Below are positions 1-11,500 of a DNA stretch of 64,000 nucleotides, one piece after another. The DNA is taken from the NCBI GenBank assembly GCA_965112155.1, contig OZ218098.1; one strand, 5' to 3'. How positions within the stretch are numbered: the stretch's first letter is position 1; each line of letters opens with the position of its first letter. This stretch comes from Podarcis liolepis (lineage: Eukaryota). The notes beneath the pieces were generated by a model. It did not search any database, was not told the DNA's origin, and saw only the letters and a program-made list of their open reading frames with translations. The position numbers and the translations under genes are program-made.

Positions 1-16
1 TGAGGTCTAGCACCAC

Positions 17-185
17 CAGTGGCGTAGCGTGGGTTGTCAGCACCCGGGGCAAGGCAAGTAATTTGCGCCCCCTAACCCGTGGATTTGCGCCCCCTAACCC
101 GAGGATTTGCGCCCCCTAACCCTAACCCCCAGATGTTGCGCCCGGTGCGGCCGGCACCCCCTGCACCCCCCACGCTACGCCACTG
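17..185 (+). mobile_element. hAT-type MITE with telomere-like internal VNTR, copy 1 (169 bp)
   Basis: 17-bp TIRs CAGTGGCGTAGCGTGGG / CCCACGCTACGCCACTG. 8-bp TSD AGCACCAC (9-16) / AGCAACAC (186-193). Three internal ATTTGCGCCCCCTAACCC-based units. Confidence 0.92.
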
Positions 186-412
186 AGCAACACAACAAAC
201 CACTAAGTGTTCGTGTCAGTCTGACTTCTGTATTATTCTTTTGGGTCTATTAAAGATTTGGAATTAAGTATGTTTAGTTCAAGGCAGAAATTAAGTAGGT
301 TTTTGACAAGGACACAGAGCCTCAAAAGCATTTATATTACAACAAAATGAATGCAGTTCTGTCAGTTGAAGAAAAACAGGGATTGCATTTAAAGGAATGA
401 AAGAAATGTGGC

Positions 413-414
<2 letters not shown>

Positions 415-471
<57 letters not shown>

Positions 472-478
472 TGTGTGT
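415..478. repeat. Compound (CT)n(GT)n microsatellite
   Basis: Directly visible dinucleotide runs. Confidence 0.97.
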
Positions 479-489
479 ACACACAAATA

Positions 490-615
490 CCTATTGAGTC
501 CAACATCCTGTTTTCAAGGTGGCCAATGATACCTATGGGAAGCCCACAAGCAAGACATGAGTACAACACTCTCCTCACTTGTGATTCCTAGCAACTGGTA
601 TACAGAGACATACAG
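490..615 (-). mobile_element. Degraded CR1-type 3' UTR fragment
   Basis: Reverse-complement similarity to 14010-14185 and direct similarity to 37130-37420 (GGGAAGCCCACAAGCAAGACATGAG...GATTCCTAGCAACTGGTAT). Confidence 0.65.
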
Positions 616-1321
616 CTTCCAGACATGAAGGTAGTACCATAGTACCATAGAGGGACCTCTGTAGACACACCCATGTCTCCAAGCTCCTCTTCCCCCATGC
701 CACATAAAAATCTGGGCAAACAGATTCTGATGAAGTGCTAAGGAGCTATAGTATAGGGGAGAAAACTGAGAAGCCCTGAAAAACTGCTTGCACACATAAA
801 AAGGAATCAGACATCATGCTCAAAAGGCATATTATACATGTGCCTCCATCATCATCAATGATCTATTAACCAGTTTATTCCATATAGTATACTGCTATCA
901 GACAGCATGCATGATGTTGCCAGCCGAGGAAAGCACTCTGACTAAAGTATTTACACCAAGTGACTAAATAAGCCAAGCCAAGAGACAAACTAGGGGTAAA
1001 ATGCATAGGGGTTACTAGCCAAACTGACCTACAGTGAGCTTATTTCCGATATGCAAATACAGCAACATGGCAGACCCTGAGTCCTTTACAGGGAATGTTA
1101 CCAGGATGCTTTTCATTGCACTAACATTTCTGTTTGTGGGCAGTCCATGATAGCCAACAATGAAAATCCACCTCAAAAAGTAATAAAATAGAATCTATTT
1201 ATGTCAGAATCCTCCTTTAAACCAAATCTTTTTATACTGATTGAGTTTGATGAAAAAGGTAATGAAACAGCAAACACAAAACTAATTTTAATAAATAAAA
1301 AATATGCAGCAATACTTGACA

Positions 1322-1450
1322 TCAGATGAGCCAATGTGCTGCTCTCCAGGTGTTACACTCACTCCTACTGCTATCAACCACAGCCAGCATGGCCAGTAAT
1401 TAGGGATGATGAGAGCTGCATTGTCTGATGGGCACCACTAGCTACCTCTG
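1322..1450. mobile_element. Old hAT/Charlie-like MITE relic (ACTACAACTCCCATCA family)
   Basis: Shares the CAGCCAGCATGGCCA...GGGATGATG core with the copies near 20290, 21240, 32975, 57108 and 59975. Confidence 0.6.
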
Positions 1451-4400
1451 CTCTAAATATCCAACTCAGAAGTGTGAGTACAACAATGTTCAATCTTTAA
1501 AGCACTGATCTTAGAGAAATTCATGTTAATTCAATGGGAATATCACTCATATGGTGCTTTGGGAAGTTGGTATCTAGCCTCCCATCTTCCAGTAATTATG
1601 TAGTTCCCAATTAAAACCCTAGAAACAAAACCAAACTGTTTTTCTCTTTCAGGCAATTTACACATCAGTACTTTACTCAGAAGTACTAATCAGACTCAAC
1701 AGACAGTCGTCACAGGGTCATTAATAGTTACTTCATTCTCTGGCAACTGTAATATGATGATAGCCTTAAATAGAGTGCAAATGATAAGCCAAAAGAAGGA
1801 GGAGAAAACCAGCAATATAGCATAAAACCAGTTTGCAGAGCATAACAGAGCAACACTGAAAACAGATTCATCACAGTGACATGCCGTTTACTTACAGGCA
1901 CTCTGAAATCTCAAGGCACAATTAGAATTATATTACACACAAACACACCACACACAATTTTGGCATGTGAAACCTGAGCCATGTTGTTTAGGATAAAAGC
2001 AAGAATGTTATGTAAGTTGAAAAGCAGAATGCAGTGTGTCTAAGAGGGAATAATTTGTTCTTCAAAGTGAGTGCGCTCATGAGGAAATTCTCCAAACTGA
2101 AGTAATGGTTATATCACAATAGCACTAATTTGCTTGGCACTGAGAGTTGGCCAGGGTTTCTACACAGATACATCTAATCCACTACACATGCCTGTCTTTT
2201 GCTTGTTACCATTTTCAGGACATATTTGAACAACACTTTCTTCATGCTATCATGAGATGAGCTCCACAGCCATTCCATGACAATTGACACCTCAGTTGTC
2301 TGACACACCTCAGCCAATGCCAAGATTATTCCAGGAGAATCACATGCATCGTGCAATGATAGAGAAAGGCACGGGCAAATGTATTTAAGTTGCTAATAGA
2401 CATTATATAAACAAGGTTCCCAAAGTTGCATGAAGAGCTGCTACTAGGGAAAGCAAAATATCTTCCGTGCACTTGCATACATCTTGACAGAGCCCGGAGG
2501 CTGTATACTGGCAGCTATGCAATTCCATATTTTTATGTGCTGACAGAAAACACTATAGGGCATGGGAAGAACTAAATTTTTGGCAGGTTATGTTTTACTT
2601 CTTTTGCCGTAGATATTTTAAAAAAGCCACGCTCCACTTTCTCCACTGATCCAGCTGGTCCCACCCAGTGCAGTCATCAGCTTCATAGAATTACTTTGCA
2701 ATATCATGTAGCTGCAAACTCATGTTTAAGACTGAACACATGCTTCAAATGGAAATGCAACCAACCAAGGTCCTTGGTGAGTAAATGGTTGGGTCCAGAT
2801 TTGTGGCCTGCTGCTTGTGCTGGAGGAATAGAACAGGAAGGTGTTTTTTATTATTGCTCCTTCCTCCTGAAGCCCCGCTGTGTTCTTTGAAAAGTTGGTC
2901 AAGAGGGTTGGGGGGTCCTTTCGAACAGCATAGGAGGCAGAGGAAGGGGAATTGGCAAAAATTGCCTCCAGCCTTCTTCCAGCAAAGAAACTCCATCAGA
3001 TCCCAATTACATCTGCAAACACTTTTGGTATCTTCAATTCCTTCTATTTGTAATGTGAGAAATAGCCTTTTCGTTAGCCTCGACAAGACTGAGTGTATGT
3101 TCTTCCAAACTCCAGACATACTTAGTTAGAAGTACTTGCACAATATTGATTAGTAGACGTAGGCAACGATTTCCCTTTGTAGAGGTAGCTGACCACTGGC
3201 AGAATTGGTGAAGTGCAAAAATCACTTAAAATACAAAAGTGTAGAGAACTTTTTAAAATTTCTTCATTAATCCAAACTGTTTCAATGATCTAATAACATG
3301 CCAAAAAGCATTATATCTACCTATTCATATATCATCCCCAAGTTGTTCCACAAAACGGTTTTAACAGCCACCAAAAATAAATACTCTGAACAACAGTCTC
3401 ATTCTTTCTCTGCAGACACCTCCCAGAGAAAAGCAACACATTCATGCTGCACTTCAGCCATTACATACCACCCTTTCTGCATTACCCACAGATGGACTAG
3501 ACAGGATTTCTTGTCACATGCCACAAGCATAGACATTCCAGAGGCTTATGTTCCACTGCGATCTTATTTTAGGATCCATAAGAGGCCTATGTCATAGTCA
3601 TTTGCAGGCTACCCCAAATAAAAGCAACGTAGCTGCAGCATTTCATCAGCCTCTGCTATTGCTCATTTCCTTTGTAGAAATCCTCCCACTACTGCAGTTC
3701 TGTCTGAATCGGAGTAGAGTTGAACAAAATATATCCATTTTATCGGCCTCATTGTTACATTTCATTCGTGAAATGTGTAGCTTCTCTTCCTCCAATTCCA
3801 GATGTACTAAATTTAAGCTCAGGAAAAGATAAGTAATGTTGTAACAAATGTGTAAAAAAGAAAGAGGGAGACTGTGAAGATTTATGTGGCATCACAGGCC
3901 AATTCAGATGTAATGAGAATCCATGGTTTATCATTAAAAGAGCGTGCCACTGTGAGCCTCCAGAGAAACGAGACCTTTCCCCTGCCTCACACCCAGTAAA
4001 CTATTGTGGAGTTTTCCCCAACCCTCCAGAGCAGATTTGGGGTGTGGGGGTGGCAGAAGAGGGAGAATGTCACACTGTTCTGCGCACACAATTTAGTTGA
4101 ATCCTACCATATATGTCTGTGTGTATATAATTTGTTGTTATTATTTTTAAATCATGTAAACATAAATACAAAATTCCTATAATAAAAATATTGGCAATTA
4201 TATGTCACTTTTCTGAATGAGAATTCCTAATATGTGTCTGTACATTAAATTAAGAATACATCAACCATAACAACCTCCCTCCCTGGCTCCCCCAAAAGCT
4301 GAGGGACTATTTGTTATATTCCACAATCCATTCCCTGCTGCTATACTTGTGTACAATAATATCTCACAATATTTACCTCAACAAGAAGATAATCGGAACT

Positions 4401-5485
4401 AGGAACTTTTGTTCTCAATACCCATAATTAATGAAGACCATATATTTTTAAAAAGAAAAATTATATATAGCTCAAACCACAGATCCATCACATCTAAAAG
4501 TAGGTGCCTATTTTTGTTTTTTAAAAAAATTACGTTTCCAAAGGACAGGACTGTATGAACCAATCATTATAGTGAGAATGTTAGGAGCAATGTATCATCT
4601 CCTCGTTTTAAAACAGTAATCTAATCTTTGACTAAAAGAAACAAATGTCACAAAACCAAATACATTTCCGTGTGGCAAAAGAAGACAACATACATCAAGC
4701 TTGACTCCGTTTAACATTTAAACGTTTTTCTTTAAGGTAATGTTCATACAATAGTTTATAGATTCATGCTGGAGTTTATTTCTAGAAAGAGCACGCTATT
4801 TATAACAGGAGTCTTCCAATTCTGGGTCACTATCCCAGTGGGCTACCTGGTAGGAACCCAGGCACTGTGTCTGTTCAAGATAAACATGTTAACTAGTCAC
4901 TGAACACAGATGCCGGTTTATCAGTTTTGGTTTCTTTTTACACATTTCTAATAAGCATACTTCTTTATCAGAACTGTGGTTCATTTACACTAAAATGTTT
5001 ATGGTTTTGTGTTAAGATGCGTTTTTTGAATAATATGCCTGATTCTTTTCACTTTCCTTTCCCTAAGAGGAGAAGGTTGTAATTGGCCCATTAACCTTGT
5101 GCTAATAAAGTGAAATTTATAATGGATGTTAAATGGATTACTGATTCTTGCAAGCAAACTAGCCTAGATTTATTAGTGCAGGATCAAATGATGTATGAGA
5201 GAGAGAGAAATGCTTAAAAGCCCAATAGTTATATGGAAGTTCTAGTTAGTGAAGTATTATATTAACATTTCACAAACAACTTGTAATGTGCCTGCTGAAT
5301 CAGGGTTGATAAAAATTGGGTTTTTAAATTAAAAACATTGTTTTTATTTAAAAGCTTTTTAATTTAAAAAAACTGTTGCACTAATTGTTCTGTAAAAAAA
5401 TAACCTGGTTTGAAATATTACTTAAATGTAATGCCGCAATGTGATGTAAGTGTAAGGTGGAAGTCTCCAAAGGCAGCCCCTAGAG

Positions 5486-5600
5486 CAGGGATCACCAAAC
5501 TTTTTGAGCCAATGGCTTGAAATTGTGAGAAAGTGTCTTAGGTTCCGGTCACAAATGGCTACCATAGGGTGTGCCATAGCACAAAACTACTGCTACAGCT
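5486..5600 (+). mobile_element. Left end of a Charlie-like hAT MITE
   Basis: CAGGGATCACCAAACTTTTT follows a CCTAGAG target and resembles the 25108 element end. No right TIR found. Confidence 0.45.
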
Positions 5601-6929
5601 AGCAGGAAGAAAAGACCGGACCTCAAAATGATGCACCAGCCTCCCATTCAAAGGAAGGGCATTAGCCACCGCCATACCTGCTCACAGGAAGAAGTTCTTT
5701 GCAGCTTCTGTTCAGAAAGGGAGTGAGGGAAGAAAGACATGTGTCCAGGTTGGCATCCAATTAAATGTAAAATGACTTCTTTCTCCAAAAAGAAAGGAAA
5801 CCTCCACAATCATACAGCTCTCAAGCATTCAGAGGCAAGCCTGCCCAGCTGCCCACAATTCAATTTAAGGCCAGGTGGAGGTGTCATTAGGTAGCTCCTC
5901 CCATGGGACTTTGTCAGACCAGAAAATGCAGGCTGAAATGCTGCAGAAATGTTTAATGGAAAGAAAAACACACATGCCACTGCTGGCCACTTCACAAGAA
6001 TATGGTACGCTCAATGCCATGCCCACTTAAATTCTAAAGAAATTCTATAGCACCCTGTGAACAAGACAGAAAAAAACAGAAGCCCCTTTCACAGGAAAAC
6101 TTTCAGACAGTGTTATTATATACACACTTAAAACCATGCATACAATACAAAAAGGAAACCATACCTGGCCAGCAGTCTTAAAATCAGAAGAACCGGTTCA
6201 CATGTTCCTTCAGTGTATTTCTTATATTTAAATGCATAGCTGCTTTACCACCATATTGTCTTCAAAATAGTTTACACCAGAACCATTCTACTCCTCGTTA
6301 TAGCCAATCTAATCTCAGGAGGCACCTGGTCTCTCCATCTGAGCTCAGTTAATGGTGCCAGGGGACAAAGATGAGGGAACTCAAGGGTGGGAATAATTTG
6401 AACAATGGATTTCCAATTGACAACCTCCTGCCTGCTGGTTGAAGGGATTCTTGCAAGAAGTGCTGGGCTAGCTGGACCTTGATCTGACCCTGCACGATTT
6501 CCTACATAAGGCAATGTACTCATTACTAATACAGCAATAGCCATCTTGCACACCCCTGGACTACCAAAGGACAATGGCTGTACCCTTTTCTGTTTGGAGT
6601 GGGGAGACTTGACTGTGTTACTGCCAACCTATAACTAAATCTTCTTTCTTGGAAAGTTGCAGAATGGAATAGTAAGTGTAATGATGTAGATTTGTTAAAC
6701 TTTCTTAACTGGTTTTTAAGTAAGATATATATTTTGGATGGGTGATGGATGAGCTAGCTACTTTGAGCTCTATTGAGATCACACAATATTATACAGCTTA
6801 GGTTTGCCTTAATTGTTAATAAGTTCCACATATGTATGCTTCCTTTGCAGAAGCAAAATGGTAAATAATGCAGCTAACATAAAACTGGTGTCACATGCTT
6901 CCTGCAACCAGTAACACACAAAAAGCTGT

Positions 6930-7140
6930 GTTAATGCATTCTGGATCAGCTGCAGCTTCTAGTCAACCAAAAAGGGCAACCTTATGTACAATGCATTATA
7001 ATAGTCAAGTTAAGTAAATACCACAGCATGCAAAACAGTGGCTAGGTCTCTCTTCACAATAAGGAGGCTTCGCTAAAACACCAGCCAATGGTCGTGAAAT
7101 GCACTTTTGGTCACTGTGGAATGCCTTAACCATAGAGTTT
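6930..7140 (-). mobile_element. Ancient L2 LINE ORF2 relic
   Basis: The minus frame reads roughly VTKSAFH...RDLATVLHAVVFT*LDYYNALYIRLP...KLQLIQNAL, matching the L2 motif DLATVIH...SRLDYCNSLY.GLP...LQRVQNAA in the 44413 ORF. Confidence 0.8.
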
Positions 7141-7453
7141 GTGCAGTAGAAGCATCTTGCATTTCTGATTCCCTTCAATTAAATTAAAATATGAAGCAGC
7201 AAGCATGGCTTGTATGCATGGAAAAACTCATGAGTACTAAGTGATTTAGGGTCATTTTATACACTAACCACATCTGTTGGACTCTATTCAGGGCAGGGGA
7301 CATGGGAGGACATCTCAGTCACATGCATGCCTCCATTCTGACTTCAGAATGTGCTATGTGATCAGGGGTGCATATTCTACCCGTGTGGAGTACGGTCTGC
7401 ATTTTCCCCCTTCATGATTCCTTAGCACCACCCCAGATCCAAGGATTACAATG

Positions 7454-7646
7454 GAGCATAAGAAGCTGCTTTATACCAAGTCAGAACATTGATCCATCTA
7501 GGTCAGTGCTGTCTACACTGACTGGCAGCAGCTCTCCAGGGTTATGGAAAGGGGCATTCCTGGTTCTACCTGCAGATGCCAGTGGCTGAACATGGGACCT
7601 TCTGCATGTAATCCAGATTCTCTACTGCTGAGCTATACTCCCTCCC
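7454..7646 (-). mobile_element. tRNA-headed squamate SINE with CR1-like tail (Squam3-like, name tentative)
   Basis: The reverse complement has an AGCTCAG A-box head, a CTGCCAGTCAGTGTAGAC core and a CAGCTTCTTATG tail. Similar copies at 7930, 24991 and 53424. Confidence 0.8.
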
Positions 7647-7929
7647 TAGGGAGAAGTGCCACATGGTGAAGTGTCACTGTGAACTGTGATTCACAAGGAT
7701 TCAGCCAACAGCATTGGATTTCTGCAGTTGTGACATCACTCCTTTAATTTACCACAGCCATACAATTCTTTGGTTATAGCCAATAGCTGCAAATATATCC
7801 AATAGCTGCAATTTTTAAAACTCACATATTACTTCCCAAACCTGTGGATGGCAGAAGCAATTTTAGAAGAGGCCTACCCCTCCTCCTCCCCTCCCAAGGG
7901 AATGCCACTTCTAAGACTTTGCATCCTCC

Positions 7930-8521
7930 AATATAGGAAGCTGCCTTATAGAAGTCAGACCATTGGTCTATCTAACCCAGTACTATCTACGCTGACTAGC
8001 AGTGGTTTGCCAGGGTTTCAGACAGGTAGTATTCCCAGCTCTACCTGGAGACACCAGGGCCTGGACCCGCAGCCTTCTGCACAGTGTTCAAAACTCCCAT
8101 TGTTCTAGGTGCATTTTGCGACAGGGAATTTCATTAGCGCAAGCAGTTTCAGAGCTCTGGGTGAAATACTGTGCCTAAGATTTATGATTCAAACTGCAGA
8201 GTGGAAGGAAAGGAGGACCTTTTTCTGCCTCCCCACTTCTAGCTATTCTCTGAAGACTGGAGAAGAGACTCTCCTAAGAATATTAGGGGGGTGGGCAGGG
8301 GAAGGACTAGACCATGTGAAAAATGAACATAATATTTTAGCTGAAGTTCATTCATTTTCAGCTTTGTATTCTTGTTATAAAAATGCACGCCTAGACATTC
8401 CCCTGTTGTGCCCATAACCTAGGTTTAAGGTGCCATTTAGCTCCTAGCTGTCATATCTCAGTTTCTAACGCTGCTTCTGCACGCTAAACAGATGCTCTAC
8501 CATTGAGCTATGGCCCTTCCC
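7930..8521 (-). mobile_element. Same SINE family, split by the hAT insertion at 8082-8473
   Basis: The tail and body (7930-8081) and the head (8474-8521) rejoin seamlessly across the duplicated CTTCTGCA. Confidence 0.8.
8082..8473. mobile_element. 392-bp non-autonomous hAT element
   Basis: Perfect 8-bp TSD CTTCTGCA (8074-8081, 8474-8481). Imperfect TIRs: CAGTGTTCAAAACT versus the reverse complement of the right end, CAGCGTTAGAAACT. Confidence 0.85.
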
Positions 8522-11500
8522 AACCACACTTACAATAAACACATACCACCCAAAATCAAAGGAACAATGCTTTCGCCCACGCCCTGCTTCAGAATTATAA
8601 TTTTATTGTTACAGAATTCTATGTAGATACAATGAATTAATCAGCAGTTCTTTCACAGAGTGACAACCTTAATATAAAATAATAGTACCGTGTGTTTCAG
8701 ACACATTAGCAGAGGCTACAGTGTTACATTTCCCTGTTCATTTTGTGAAAACCCACTTGCAGAAAAGAGAGGTGAAGGTGGGAAATCACCAGGTGCACGT
8801 CTCTGCAATGCTGAAATGGTGAGGCGCGAGTATCATTCCTTTGGGTGCCTCACCTGTACCTCCTGCTCAGGTGTTACTAGGGTGGTAGAAATGCGTGTGT
8901 ACTGGATTTCTGCCTGCTTCTCTGCATCTATCTTCAGTATGCAAAGAGGAAGTCTTCAACATCAGACATGACCCTAATACAGCCCAGAGATAATACACTG
9001 ACTGCTGCATACAAAGATCCTCATGCCAAAGGAGTGTTCTGGTGGAACAAGCTGGATTAACTGAGAAGGGCCTTGCACTCATGCTACTCCCTGAGGATCA
9101 GACTTGTTTGCTTAAAAGGGATATCAATTTGTTTGTGTCTAATGACTGACTGGAAGAGCGCACAAAATGCAGCCGCCGATAACTGGAAGATGGGACATCT
9201 GACAATCATTCTGTGAAGATGTCCCTCTTCAGAAAGGCTGGCTAATAATTATTCTTTTCAAACAAGATAAAGCTGTGGTTTGCTGAGGTTTCCCCCTTAA
9301 TATACATGCCATTGCTGTTTCTTTGTGTCTGTCCTGTTGCTTTTCCTCTCCTTCTACTTAACTCTGGGACATAAAAATGAATTTATCAAGAGAGGTTAGT
9401 AGATATCACGATGAGCATAATCTCCATGACACCCTTATTTTCACAATTGCTGGCTCTCTTAATGTGGAAACTCTTATATTCAAAATCTTACTATTGTATT
9501 ATTCCTGCTTTTCAGTTCTCCAGAGCTTTTGCACTGGAAGAGAAATTATGTAATTTTTCAAGTTGTCACTATGAAGGATTATTATGTTTAACACCACATT
9601 AAAGCTTGTTTTGGTTTTTCTAATCTACCCTTATTCTTAACCGCAACCCAATCCAGGCTTTCAAAGGTAGTTTACAAACTAGCAATATAAAGCAAAGTTA
9701 TTGCCAAATCTGCCTTTAAATGTATTTTGTTGACATAGGGGAGAAGGTGGATTATGCTATGCTTAACATTATATCTGGTTTTTTTAAAAATCAGTCTAAA
9801 ATTAGATGTTCCCTTAAGGAAAATGTTTAATCTCTGTAATAAGATGTCTGTGCTTACCTGACTCTGCCATTCCACACCGACAGGCTGAACAGTATTATCA
9901 GCTCTTTGGGTACTAATTCTTGCTTACTGGATGGATATTTTTCTCTTGCTGGATTAATAATCAACTTTCTAGATCAGTTCATTTGCAATTCTCTTCTGGT
10001 TAACCCTTTGTATTACCTTGCATTTAATCCTGAACTGAATGTGCACTTTCTCACCCATGCGTTAAGAAAAGTAAAAGAACAAAACCAAAACAAACTAGGT
10101 TATTATGGGATTTGGTTTAAGGCCCCCCAAACCAAGTCTTGAGTAAATAATAGTAAATAATATAGAAAGTACTTACACATTAAACCAATGTTCCAAGTTC
10201 AAGCAACTATGGGCATCTACTCACATGAGCAGTCAATCACCTCGTGGGAAAACCATCAGTTTTTGCCCCATGAGCCAGAGTAGTAAGAATTAGTACTACT
10301 CTCCAAATGCAAAATAAGTGTGACTGACTTCCCCATATGACTAGTTAGCTGCAAAATTATCAGTTATCAGTTTATGCAAGACTGTCCATCTGTGTTGTCA
10401 GACAGAGAGAGTGAAGAGTAAATGTGGCTAGGAGCAAGAAGATAACAGGCAGGCACCCTGAATCGTTTTTTTACAGTTCAAGTGAGGCCAGGATTATTGA
10501 AAGGGGGAAACCTAGAAATTATTGAGGTTTCCCTCCTTCTCACCCACCTAACTATAGTAATGAATAACCAGTGCTAAAAAAGTAATTTATCAGATAAGTA
10601 CAACAGATCATGGAGAATTTGTATTATGAGAAAGAAAAAAACTAGAAAATAAGGAGGAGTAATGTTTGTTGACTGACAGTGTCATAGGAAAGAAGCTTGA
10701 AATCTTGGTATTTTAGTGGGGGTGTAGTGGATTTTGCTTTGGTTGGAATAAAATGAAAGGAAATAAAACTAGGATAGCTAAGGTGTTGTGTTAAAGAAAA
10801 GAGAATAAAGGGAAATAACAACCTTTCTATCTTGCCTATTCTTTTTAAAAAGCGATGCGTTAGGTTTAGGGAGCCCTGGGCAAAATCCAAGAGATTGCAG
10901 CCTTTTCACTTTAACAAAAACGTTTTCCCTGCAAAAAGCATGCTAGAGCTGTTTTATTAAACAGCCCTGAAGTACCTTTACGTTCCCCACAGACAAAAGG
11001 CAGAACCTCTTCAAGATCAGGCCTAGCACAAAGGGGCTTGACCTCATCTTTGCACAGAATAAGTAGCAAATGTAATATTTTTACATGGGAGTAAAGCGCT
11101 TTGTAGCAGCAGCTCTTAAAACCATTTATAGTAAACTTTCCATAAAATGTGCTGCAGATAATAAAATGCCGTAAAGTGTGAAGCAAATTTCCTTCATATT
11201 TATAGTGAATATTATTCTTTGCGTGTTTGAAGGAAAACCTTTTTAAAAAGCCAATAATGTGAGAAAGCACACCAGCTAAATTTATTGTTAAGCATCACAT
11301 CACTGATACTCCTGGGGGTTTTTCTTCATGGGAAGAAAGCTTAAATAACATTTTCTAACACATTGGAGTGCTTCCCAGAGATGTGATGGCCTACAGACGT
11401 GGTGCCATAGAAAAGCACACAGGGAATGGTAAGTTAGTAAACAAGCTTTTTTTTATTATTTTCCAGATGGTAGACACAAATAAATCCAACTCTGTTTAAT

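Noticed and set aside
60-130. CRISPR array or true telomere end
   Set aside because: Head-to-tail units with no spacers, lying inside a TIR/TSD-bounded MITE in eukaryotic DNA, with only about 2.5 perfect telomeric hexamers.
291-591. ORFs with HTHT/ERER and LSLS/CVCV runs
   Set aside because: Translations of the (CT)n(GT)n microsatellite.
2696-3832. Cluster of 60-124 aa ORFs on both strands
   Set aside because: No recognisable domain. The plausible minus-strand acceptors near 3226 and 3807 run into stops without a convincing donor.
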